Of a DNA stretch of 64,000 nucleotides, positions 10,003 through 18,316 are shown in pieces. Made by a program: the position numbers and the translations under genes. Numbering within the stretch: position 1 is the stretch's first letter; the number at the start of each line of letters is the position of its first letter. Where the stretch lies: contig MGHG01000008.1 of NCBI GenBank assembly GCA_001793095.1, positions 269 through 64,268 of the forward strand, given 5' to 3'. The notes beneath the pieces are model-generated. The model was not told the origin of the DNA. It saw only the letters and a list, made by a program, of their open reading frames with translations, and searched no databases. Origin of the DNA: Candidatus Woesebacteria bacterium RIFCSPLOWO2_01_FULL_39_23. Its GTDB lineage: Bacteria > Patescibacteriota > Microgenomatia > UBA8517.

Positions 10003-10400
10003 GCCGAAAGATTACTCTTCCCCCTTTCAACTATCTTCCCCCAAATAAAGTTTTGAGCAAAATTAGCTACTAAGCCGAGTAGTAGTGCCCACCAAAAGGA
10101 GCTTATGCCAAAACCTGCTATATGAGAAAATCTCGAAACGAGCCAAAATGCAGTAAAATTAAACGCCCAAAAGATAAAAAAACGCCCGCTAACTTTGTCG
10201 AGTTTGATATCTCTTACATAGAGATAGTCCCACATTGCCCAAAACACCACCATTGTCCAAAATCCTGCATAAATTGCTGATTCAACCATATTAAATCTAA
10301 AGTTACCCAGAACTACATTGTCCGGAAAAACTAGACCGACAACAAGAAGGAGAAGAATATTGGCTAACCAGTAAAGCAGGTACAAGATATGATTATACAT
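9996..10400 (-). CDS. Hypothetical polytopic membrane protein
   Basis: ORF with 4 hydrophobic helices, W/F-rich. Confidence 0.4.
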   Translation of the reverse strand: MYNHILYLLYWLANILLLLVVGLVFPDNVVLGNFRFNMVESAIYAGFWTMVVFWAMWDYLYVRDIKLDKVSGRFFIFWAFNFTAFWLVSRFSHIAGFGISSFWWALLLGLVANFAQNFIWGKIVERGKSNLSAY

Positions 10401-10409
10401 TAATTAATT

Positions 10410-10799
10410 TCACCTTCTCTCCCGCACCAATTTAGCTAAAGAAAGACTTCCAGATATTCGTTTCTTTAGTTCATTGAGTGCTTGTCCATAATTTTTTAAT
10501 CTATATTCACGGGTCATTGCGTCTTCTTTTGATTTATGACGTCCTCCGCGGACCAAGAGTCCGCGGTTTCCCTCTAAAGGAGGACGACATATCAAGTTCA
10601 ATTCATCTCCGGGCTGATAGCCCGGAGTTTTCTCGAAATTGCTATAACTCTCATTGTATACTAAAATCCAAGGCCCTTTTTTTCTGGTAGAGAAACTCCT
10701 GTTTGTATTATGTTCAACAATCCTTTTTTTAATATTATTTGTATAACCTATGTAAAGCTCTCCGGTAACGAAACTTACCAATATGTAAACATAATACAT
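10410..10799 (-). CDS. GIY-YIG nuclease family protein carrying a ~35-aa in-frame GC-rich palindromic insertion
   Basis: MYYVYILVS..ELYIGYTNNIKKR..H motif. Likely true start is the ATG at 10799; the track's TTG at 10826 reads through the inverted-repeat arm. Insert NFEKTPGYQPGDELNLICRPPLEGNRGLLVRGGRHK is absent from the two paralogs. Confidence 0.7.
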   Translation of the reverse strand: MYYVYILVSFVTGELYIGYTNNIKKRIVEHNTNRSFSTRKKGPWILVYNESYSNFEKTPGYQPGDELNLICRPPLEGNRGLLVRGGRHKSKEDAMTREYRLKNYGQALNELKKRISGSLSLAKLVRERR

Positions 10800-10817
10800 A
10801 GCTAATTTGGTGCGGGA
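10421..10817 (-). mobile_element. Hairpin element with ~18-bp terminal inverted repeats (TCCCGCACCAATTTAGCT / AGCTAATTTGGTGCGGGA) whose loop encodes a GIY-YIG nuclease
   Basis: Arms at 10421-10437 and 10800-10817 are near-perfect reverse complements. Same arm family as the 41553/41844 element and the three 23S rRNA insertions. Confidence 0.6.
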
Positions 10818-10829
10818 CTCTACCAAAAA

Positions 10830-11408
10830 TTATTTTCCTATAACTACCCTAGCCGAGGCGGTTGAATTTTCCAACTCACCTGCAACAGACGCTATCCCAT
10901 ATTTATCTTTAATATCCGTAAGTAACACATCTATGCTATCTTTATATTTAGAATTTACCATAACATAGTTTGTAGCACTCGACTTAGTATTTCCAACCAG
11001 ATTTATGACATAACCAAGCTCTTTTAATTCGTCCGCCACCTTCCCCGCTACGCCCGGTCGACCGGAACCGTTTAATACCTCAAGGTTAATTTCATCCCTG
11101 CCCAGTTGATCTGACACCGCCCCCGAAATTGTTACCTCAGTAGCCGTCTCTTTACTACTTTCAATTACTGTAGCTTTTTCCTCGGTATCGACCGGCATTT
11201 TTATCTTAAGATATAAAAGTGAACCTGTCGCCAGTATGATCACAACAAGAAGCATCAGTCCTACATAATAAATACGCCTGTTACTCGTCTCTAAAGGTAT
11301 CTCTTCTCTCTCCGAGCCGGAGGTCTCTTCCTCCTGGCCAGAAGTCCTTCCGGACTGGTGGCCGAGCCGGTGGCTCTCTTGATCACTATTCTGATTTTTA
11401 GTAGCCAT
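10830..11408 (-). CDS. LytR_C (LytR/CpsA/Psr C-terminal) domain membrane protein
   Basis: Single TM, then VLNGSGRPGVAGKVADELKELGYVI..VGN, typical of the LytR_C domain. Confidence 0.55.
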   Translation of the reverse strand: MATKNQNSDQESHRLGHQSGRTSGQEEETSGSEREEIPLETSNRRIYYVGLMLLVVIILATGSLLYLKIKMPVDTEEKATVIESSKETATEVTISGAVSDQLGRDEINLEVLNGSGRPGVAGKVADELKELGYVINLVGNTKSSATNYVMVNSKYKDSIDVLLTDIKDKYGIASVAGELENSTASARVVIGK

Positions 11409-11464
11409 ATATTTGAATGCCAGTTGTCTTAGTTATTATTACAAATGTATTATTAGATAACAAG

Positions 11465-11530
11465 ACGTTAAAGCAAAGAACACAAGAGCATAAAATCACG
11501 AGAAAAATGTTGTGGTGTTTTAATGTTTTC
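11465..11530 (+). repeat. Intergenic repeat family copy A (GAGCATAAAATCACGA core)
   Basis: Shares ~60 nt with the reverse complement of the 13659-13740 and 14697-14775 copies. Confidence 0.55.
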
Positions 11531-11553
11531 TTGGTTTAATGATTTAATAAAGT

Positions 11554-13194
11554 ATGCTGCAAACTCAGTTCTTACTTACTAATGCTCATTTTACGCTAAA
11601 TCTTCTGACGGCTTTAGTTTGCTTCGCAGTCTCCTGGTTATATTTTGATGCATGGCTAGGACGCCACGATTATAAAGAGAGTACAAAGTCGCTGGGATTT
11701 TTACTTTTATCTCTGTCATTTGCTGTCCATGCTACCCAAATTGAGCAAACAATTCTGAAAAACCCACTTCTTAATTCTGAAGTTACCAATATTTTGACTG
11801 CAGCTTTTATCATTAGCGCTTTTCTAGTACTCATAATCGGCCAATTTGTAGATCCGCTTCAGCCTCTCCCCTCCTACCGGCTGAGTATGGAAAAAAATGT
11901 CCATGGCTTTGGAATTAAGAAGAGTAAAGACAAATCAGCAGCAATACTGCTATTGGGGAAAATCGCTCCGCTTGTATTTGTACCTTTCTTATATCCAGTT
12001 CTTGCCATTTTTACAGGTTTCCTTTATTTAAGAAGAGCCACGTTGGGATTGGAATACCACCTAAGAACAATAGGTTATAGCTTAACGATACTTGCAATAA
12101 GTGAACTACTTTCTCTTTCCGCCTTATTTAGAGGCAGTACAAACATTACACTGGAAAGAATAGTCGGCGCTTTCGGACCGATTTGGATGGTCGAACATGT
12201 CCTCCAACTGATATTTACTATTTATTTAGGTCGATGGGTTTGGGCTTATTTGACCAAACGCTTGGAAACGCAACTTTTTATTATTTTCGATACAGTCATC
12301 CTTATTGTATTTTTACTTACAGCAATCTTTTTCACCTCCGTTTCGTTATCAAATATGCGCCAGGATATTCTCGCCAATCTCGAAACTAATGTGGCACTTC
12401 TTGCTTATACAATTGACGGCAAAAAGGCAGAAACGCTCTCCGACGTTGAAATGCTGTCTCAAAACCCTGAGTTAATTACGGCACTCAAAGACCAGGATAA
12501 GAAAGCGCTGACTGAGCTCACAACTACAACGCTTATCACAAAAAGTAAAGACTTTCTGGTTGTAGTTGATGAAAACGGTGCAATATTAGCCCGTGGAGAT
12601 GATCCCGAAAAAATCGGAGGATCGCTCTCGGACGATCCTCTGATTAAAAAGGCACTCACGGGCAGCAGTATTACCGGCCTCGTCACAAAAGATGGAGTTA
12701 TGGCTCCTGTCGTGTCTGTAAGAGCTGCTGCGCCTGTTAAAGTAGGTGAAGACATAATTGGAGCAGTAACGATCGGCTCAGTTGTAGATAACGCTTTTGT
12801 CGATGGCCTGAAAAATGCAACAGGCCTGGATGCCAGCGTCTACGCCGACAATATCCGTTCAGCTACTACTTTTATTGCACCGGATGCCAAAAGCAGATGG
12901 ATCGGCATAAAAGAAGAAAACAAAGACGTCAGGAAAACAGTGCTCAACGAAGGTAACATATATACCGGATCTCTATCAATTCTGAATATCCCCTACCTCG
13001 TAGCTTTTGCTCCGATAAAAAACATCGACGAAAACCCCATCGGCATGCTCTTTGTCGGTAAACCTGAAGTTACGACAATTCAAACAGCGAGTAAACTTAT
13101 TGAGCAGACCTTTATAGTAACCGTCGGACTCCTGATGTTGTCATTCTTCCCTTCTTATTTCGTTTCCCGCTACATCATTAGTGAGGTAAAATAG
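11554..13194 (+). CDS. Membrane protein with large extracytoplasmic sensor-like (Cache/PDC-like) domain and no output domain
   Basis: About 6 N-terminal TM helices, an extracellular ~250-aa domain, C-terminal TM; no kinase or GGDEF motifs. Confidence 0.4.
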   Translation: MLQTQFLLTNAHFTLNLLTALVCFAVSWLYFDAWLGRHDYKESTKSLGFLLLSLSFAVHATQIEQTILKNPLLNSEVTNILTAAFIISAFLVLIIGQFVDPLQPLPSYRLSMEKNVHGFGIKKSKDKSAAILLLGKIAPLVFVPFLYPVLAIFTGFLYLRRATLGLEYHLRTIGYSLTILAISELLSLSALFRGSTNITLERIVGAFGPIWMVEHVLQLIFTIYLGRWVWAYLTKRLETQLFIIFDTVILIVFLLTAIFFTSVSLSNMRQDILANLETNVALLAYTIDGKKAETLSDVEMLSQNPELITALKDQDKKALTELTTTTLITKSKDFLVVVDENGAILARGDDPEKIGGSLSDDPLIKKALTGSSITGLVTKDGVMAPVVSVRAAAPVKVGEDIIGAVTIGSVVDNAFVDGLKNATGLDASVYADNIRSATTFIAPDAKSRWIGIKEENKDVRKTVLNEGNIYTGSLSILNIPYLVAFAPIKNIDENPIGMLFVGKPEVTTIQTASKLIEQTFIVTVGLLMLSFFPSYFVSRYIISEVK

Positions 13195-13220
13195 ACAGGA
13201 AATCATGAGAGCATTAAATC

Positions 13221-13652
13221 ATGAAAACATTAAAACAAGAAAACATGGAGACCACAAAAAATACAAATAGTAAAATAGAAAAAGGAACCTTTAAAAATAA
13301 ATTGGTAAAAAGGATGGATGATTTTGTTCACTTTATTTATAAAATAACCAAAAATTATCCCAAAGAAGAGCTTTATGGTTCAACAAATCAGTTACGGCGA
13401 GCTTCACTCTCGGTAATCTTAAATTATATAGAAGGTTATGCTCGCAGGAGGCCGGCAACACAACTTACTTTTTTTGAAACCGCTTATGGTTCCTTAAAAG
13501 AATCGAGTTATTTATTAGACTTTTCTAAAGATGAAGGCTGGTTATATATTAACGATTATGACAGCGCAAAGAAGCTTGTAGATGAAATCGGAGCAATGCT
13601 TTGGACAGAAATAAAAAATCTTGATAACTCAATTAAGTTGTCAAAACTTTAA
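13221..13652 (+). CDS. Four-helix-bundle protein (23S rRNA IVS protein family)
   Basis: LRRASLSVILNYIEGYAR ... AYGSLKESSYLL, the classic motif of this family. Confidence 0.7.
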   Translation: MKTLKQENMETTKNTNSKIEKGTFKNKLVKRMDDFVHFIYKITKNYPKEELYGSTNQLRRASLSVILNYIEGYARRRPATQLTFFETAYGSLKESSYLLDFSKDEGWLYINDYDSAKKLVDEIGAMLWTEIKNLDNSIKLSKL

Positions 13653-13658
13653 ATTGAT

Positions 13659-13740
13659 AAATCATCAAAACATCAAGTCAGGACAGCGCTGTATTCGCGA
13701 TTTTATGCTCTAGTGCTCTGGTGTTCTTGTGATTTAACGG
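13659..13740 (-). repeat. Intergenic repeat family copy B, terminator-like hairpin 3' of a response-regulator gene
   Basis: CATAAAATC..GATTTTATG inverted repeat with a T-run on the minus strand; ~80% identical to copy C. Confidence 0.55.
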
Positions 13741-14145
13741 TTATTTGGAGGCGGCGCGGGGAACTTCGTCTCGGGTTGTAGCTGCAAGAATTTCCCTTAT
13801 TTGAGCAACAATCTCTCTCGGCTTATTTTGGGATTTAACGATATATTTAATCGCTCCCAGCTCGAGTGCGTGCTCGGCATCTTTCGCCCCAGAGAGGTTG
13901 GTCAAAACAACAACCGGTATCTTTTTGTAATTGGGATCGGCCTTAATTTCTTCCAACACCTCGATACCGCTCATTTTCGGCATCATGATATCCAGAAGTA
14001 TCATCACAGGAGTATTTTTCTTAAGTTTCTCAAGCCCCTCCTCACCGTTTCTAGCCATATCTACCTCGAAGCCTTCAAACTCAAAGACCGTTTGATACAT
14101 TCTCGATATTAATGGATCATCCTCGCAAATTAATACCCGGGTCAT
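13741..14145 (-). CDS. Single-domain response regulator (REC only, CheY-like)
   Basis: DD..D phospho-acceptor context LLDIMMPKMSGIEVL, K at the conserved position; no output domain. Confidence 0.8.
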   Translation of the reverse strand: MTRVLICEDDPLISRMYQTVFEFEGFEVDMARNGEEGLEKLKKNTPVMILLDIMMPKMSGIEVLEEIKADPNYKKIPVVVLTNLSGAKDAEHALELGAIKYIVKSQNKPREIVAQIREILAATTRDEVPRAASK

Positions 14146-14155
14146 AGTTTTATCT

Positions 14156-14665
14156 TTAAGCCTTATCCCCGACCTTTTCCGGTACTACACCAGCAGTCGA
14201 AGGCATGCCAGTTGCCGTAGATGCAGCTGGATCCGGTGTAGTACTTTGAGATGGAGCCGAAGTGTCCTTGTCTTTAGAAGGAGTTGTACCGGCAGACTTA
14301 GATTGTATAAATTCTTTTGCATAAGCGGCCACTTCTTTCGGACGGTACTCACTTTTCACCATATAAGCAAAGGCACCTTTTGAAATTGCTATTTCGGCGT
14401 CTCGTGTACCGGAGAGGTTGGTCAACATAATGACCGGTATTGCTTGGGTATCAGGATTGGCTTTAAGGCGATCCAAGACCTCAATACCATTCATTTTCGG
14501 CATCATGATGTCACAAAAAATTAAATCAGGCTTTAATGTCTCTGCCTTCTTTAGACCCTCTCGCCCATCAGCTGCCACCTCGATTTCAAAGCCCTCAAAC
14601 GAAAGCACCTTCTGGTACATCCGGACAACCAGGGGGTCGTCTTCGATAAGTAAAACTTTAGCCAT
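14156..14665 (-). CDS. Single-domain response regulator with C-terminal low-complexity S/T/P tail
   Basis: REC domain paralog (IFCDIMMPKMNGIEVL), then a ~45-aa disordered tail. Confidence 0.8.
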   Translation of the reverse strand: MAKVLLIEDDPLVVRMYQKVLSFEGFEIEVAADGREGLKKAETLKPDLIFCDIMMPKMNGIEVLDRLKANPDTQAIPVIMLTNLSGTRDAEIAISKGAFAYMVKSEYRPKEVAAYAKEFIQSKSAGTTPSKDKDTSAPSQSTTPDPAASTATGMPSTAGVVPEKVGDKA

Positions 14666-14696
14666 ATATCAGTAAATCATTAAATCGATAAATAAG

Positions 14697-14775
14697 TAAA
14701 GCATCAAAACATAAAATCAGGACAGCACTGTTTTCGTGATTTTATGCTCTAGTGCTCTTGTGCTTTGATGTTTCC
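14697..14775 (-). repeat. Intergenic repeat family copy C
   Basis: Nearly identical to copy B: ATCAAAACATAAAATCAGGACAGCACTGTTTTCGTGATTTTATGCTCTAGTGCTCTTGTG. Confidence 0.55.
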
Positions 14776-15141
14776 CAATATTTCTCGTATTTTTTGAGCT
14801 ATATCTTTCGGTTTCAAATCCTTTTTAACCCAGTAAGCATAAGCACCCTTTTCCTTTGCAAGCTCAATATCGTGCATACCCGAAAGATTAGTAAGCATGA
14901 CAACAGGGATATCGGCCGTCTCCGGATCTGATTTTATGTGTTCCAACGCCTCAATTCCGTTCATCTCGGGCATCATAATATCCATAAGGATAAAATCCGG
15001 TTTTTCACTCTTTGCATATTCGACTCCCTTTCTTCCGCCATTTGCCGTTACCACTTCAATATCATTGAATGTCAGGGCTGTTTCAAACATCCTCACAACT
15101 AAGGGTTCATCTTCGACAATCAATACTTTAAGACTTTCCAT
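14749..15141 (-). CDS. Single-domain response regulator (REC only)
   Basis: REC paralog: ILMDIMMPEMNGIEAL ... LTNLSG. Confidence 0.8.
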   Translation of the reverse strand: MESLKVLIVEDEPLVVRMFETALTFNDIEVVTANGGRKGVEYAKSEKPDFILMDIMMPEMNGIEALEHIKSDPETADIPVVMLTNLSGMHDIELAKEKGAYAYWVKKDLKPKDIAQKIREILGNIKAQEH

Positions 15142-15206
15142 ACTCTTATATATACACCCTCCGTAGTGGGTTTATCAATATGATTTCCGGGTAACGCGTC
15201 CTGCAG

Positions 15207-15581
15207 TCAAGGACGTAAGATCGCTTGTACTTTTTTTCCTAAACCTTTCACCTTAACATCACATTTAACCCAATAGTCAAGTGCCCCTTTGGCCTTGGCC
15301 AGCTCAGCATCGTGTTTCCCCGACAGATTGGTCAACATGACAACCGGAATGCCCGCTATATCGGGATCGGCCTTAATTTTCTCCAACACCTCAATACCGT
15401 CGGGTTCAGGCATCATAATATCCAAAAGTACAACATCAGGTTTTTCAGATTTAACCTTAGTCAACCCATCCAGCCCACCCAAGGCCACAGTTACGTCAAA
15501 ACCGTCAAACTTCAGAGCTTCCTGATACATCCTGGCAATTATATCCTCGTCTTCAACGATTAAAACTTTAGCCATACTCAT
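15207..15581 (-). CDS. Single-domain response regulator (REC only)
   Basis: REC paralog: VLLDIMMPEPDGIEVL ... LTNLSG. Confidence 0.8.
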   Translation of the reverse strand: MSMAKVLIVEDEDIIARMYQEALKFDGFDVTVALGGLDGLTKVKSEKPDVVLLDIMMPEPDGIEVLEKIKADPDIAGIPVVMLTNLSGKHDAELAKAKGALDYWVKCDVKVKGLGKKVQAILRP

Positions 15582-15654
15582 TAAACTTAAACTTATTTAT
15601 TTTATATTTCAACATCCTCTTTTGGAGTTACGTCCGCACCTTAGGGGAAATCGA

Positions 15655-18261
15655 CTAACCTTTATCCTCTAAAAGAGGAAGCGTAAATGCAAATGTACTC
15701 CCCTTCCCTATACTACTTTTTTCCAGATCCAATTTGCCTCCCATAACCCTCATAAATTCCCTGCTAATATAGAGTCCCAAACCAGTACCACCAGCTTCAC
15801 GCTCAATGGTCCGGTCCATTGCCTGCTGAAATCTCCTGAAAAGAAGCGTATGTTTTGAGATTGGAATACCCATACCCGTATCCTCAACATAAAATTTAAT
15901 ACCATGAGGAACTAATTCATGCCAAACCTTAATACCACCTTTCTCGGTAAACTTAATACTATTCCCAATTAAATTAATGAAGACTTCTTTCAGAAGACCG
16001 GGATCAGCGGATACTATAACATCCCTACTGTCACAGACATAACTCAGGTCTAAGCCTTTTTCTTTGGCAAGCGCTTTAAGTTCATTTATTACCTCTTTAC
16101 CAAGTTTACAGGCATCGACAGGCATCAAATCATATTTTAGTCTTCCTTGATCGAGTCGTGATACATTTAAGAAATCCGTTACCATTTTCATTAACCTGTC
16201 GGCCGCCGTCATTGAGTCTTTTAGGAGAGATGTATCGGCTGAGGTTAAATTACTTTTACCATAGCCAGCCAAAATCGTATCAAGATTTCCGCTGATTACC
16301 GTCAGAGGGGTTCTGAGCTCATGTGATGCAATTGAGAAAAAGTCATCTTTTTGCTGCTGGAGACGCATGTCTTCGGTAATGTCGTGAATTATCCGTACTA
16401 CTCCTATAAATTCCTTGTCGACATACACCGGAGCTGCATTAATAATGACACCGAAATTACCTTCCCGCTTTTTAGCAATCCAAACTTTGGTCTCTTTCTT
16501 TTTAGCAGTAACCGCAGCCGCGTCCGATAGTTGTGCCGGAGATATCAATTTTCCCTTGACATCATATGCTTTTATGACTTCGGAAAAATCGCGACCTGAA
16601 AGTTCGGCTTCACTATAGCCGGTCATATTACTGAAGGATGGGTTTACGTAACTTACAAGGCCACGCGAATTTGTAAGTATCACACCCTCATCAGTGTTTT
16701 CCAATATCGAGAGGCTTTTACCCTGTTCTTCTTTGAGCTCTTTTGTCCGTGATTTAATAGTTTCTTCGATAATAATTTTGGCTTCCTTCTCAACCGTGGC
16801 GTCCCTGAAAACCTTAACAACTCCGACAACTTTTCCGTCGACGAGCATCGGCGTTGTTACCGAAGTGACCGGGAACTTTCTGCCGTTCGGAAGCACGTAA
16901 TAATGATCCGCGTCAAGTGGTGTAATTAAACTTACCCCCATATTTAATACTTTGATTGAGGTTCGCTCACTCTCAGGTATCTCTCTACCGCCAACATAAG
17001 CTTTAACAAACTCTGTCCACTTGTGACCAATTACCTCTTTCTCGTCCACACCAAAAAGGCTTACTGCCTTTGCATTAATTAAATCAATTTTATGGTCGCG
17101 ATCAATCATTAGTACTCCCTCGCCCATCGACCCAACTATCAAACTTAAGGTATTTTTATCTTCCTTCAGTTGGGCAGTAACCTCTTGGACAAGCGCGTCT
17201 GCTCTCATTCCACCCCTTACTATAGTGCGCGTTAAACCAAACAACGCAAAACTCAATAAACAACCGGAAATCAAAACAATCGCCGGTAAATACTCCACGG
17301 CCCCAGTACGCAGAGTTGGTGTGGGAGTAAAAAACTCGACTTCCCATTGCCGGCCTGCGATGTCTAATGTCCTTTTGGCTAAACTAAACACATCATGTTC
17401 TTCATGCTCTTCCTCCTTAAGTGTGTCAAAAACAATTTTACCACCATCATTTACGTGTACCTCGATTTTCTTGGCAATAGCCTCAGAAAATAGATCCGAC
17501 ATAAGCTCTTGATAACCATATGCTGAATTAACAAAACCAACTAAGGCTTGCCTTCTTTCTTGCTGGGTATTAGCTGAAGCGCCATTTTTGTAAATGGCAA
17601 GCGTTACCAAAAATCCAGACATTTCAGGACCTGCCAAAATAACCGGACCAGATGCTACTGCTTCGCCGGTATCCCTGGCATGCTCCATAGCTACCCTTCT
17701 GGTTTCATCTAGACTTTGATCTAATCCATAAGAAACAGGTGTACCAAGTTCAGGCTGTCGGACTATGTAATTTAAAAAATAATGTTCGGGGACGTCGGCG
17801 ACGTGTTCAGGTATGCTGGTTATCGGTAAACCTTCCTTGTTGAGCTCTTGTTTCAAATTCTCAAGAAAGTGACTTGCATCTTTATGTGCAACTCTGCTTG
17901 TATAACCGAAAGAATATATACCGGGGTATTGGCTGGATATATCCAGTGCTGTAAAATAGTCATCAAATTCACTCCGTTCGACATCAACGCTCGCCGAAAA
18001 TAAACCCTTGACAGAATATAGAGCCCCAACATAGCGATCCATATTGGACTTAGCCGCTTGCTCTATTCTACTTACTTCGCCAAGCATCTCTGTCCTATTT
18101 TGTCTTTCAACTAGCGAATCCACTGTTTTCCAAAATCCAAAGGTTATACCCAGTAAAAGTATTAAGACAATAACATCCAGTGAAGATTTAAATTGAGATA
18201 TGAAGTTAGTGGTATTTTTAACCATACATTTAAAGATGACACAAATTGCCAGACTTCGCAA
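15655..18261 (-). CDS. Sensor histidine kinase with extracytoplasmic CHASE-like domain, PAS domains, HisKA and HATPase_c; no REC
   Basis: H-box FSIASHELRTPL; G-boxes DTGMGIP and GTGLGLYIS; two TM helices flanking a ~300-aa extracellular domain; PAS-like repeats. Confidence 0.8.
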   Translation of the reverse strand: MRSLAICVIFKCMVKNTTNFISQFKSSLDVIVLILLLGITFGFWKTVDSLVERQNRTEMLGEVSRIEQAAKSNMDRYVGALYSVKGLFSASVDVERSEFDDYFTALDISSQYPGIYSFGYTSRVAHKDASHFLENLKQELNKEGLPITSIPEHVADVPEHYFLNYIVRQPELGTPVSYGLDQSLDETRRVAMEHARDTGEAVASGPVILAGPEMSGFLVTLAIYKNGASANTQQERRQALVGFVNSAYGYQELMSDLFSEAIAKKIEVHVNDGGKIVFDTLKEEEHEEHDVFSLAKRTLDIAGRQWEVEFFTPTPTLRTGAVEYLPAIVLISGCLLSFALFGLTRTIVRGGMRADALVQEVTAQLKEDKNTLSLIVGSMGEGVLMIDRDHKIDLINAKAVSLFGVDEKEVIGHKWTEFVKAYVGGREIPESERTSIKVLNMGVSLITPLDADHYYVLPNGRKFPVTSVTTPMLVDGKVVGVVKVFRDATVEKEAKIIIEETIKSRTKELKEEQGKSLSILENTDEGVILTNSRGLVSYVNPSFSNMTGYSEAELSGRDFSEVIKAYDVKGKLISPAQLSDAAAVTAKKKETKVWIAKKREGNFGVIINAAPVYVDKEFIGVVRIIHDITEDMRLQQQKDDFFSIASHELRTPLTVISGNLDTILAGYGKSNLTSADTSLLKDSMTAADRLMKMVTDFLNVSRLDQGRLKYDLMPVDACKLGKEVINELKALAKEKGLDLSYVCDSRDVIVSADPGLLKEVFINLIGNSIKFTEKGGIKVWHELVPHGIKFYVEDTGMGIPISKHTLLFRRFQQAMDRTIEREAGGTGLGLYISREFMRVMGGKLDLEKSSIGKGSTFAFTLPLLEDKG

Positions 18262-18316
18262 GAAAGAATAAAAATTTGCTCTACTAATTCTCCCATGGAG
18301 CAGGCTTTTTCAAGAA

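Noticed and set aside
15634-15646. Single TCCGCACCTTAGG half-site resembling the hairpin-element arm
   Set aside because: No partner arm lies within 500 bp. It is probably a chance match.
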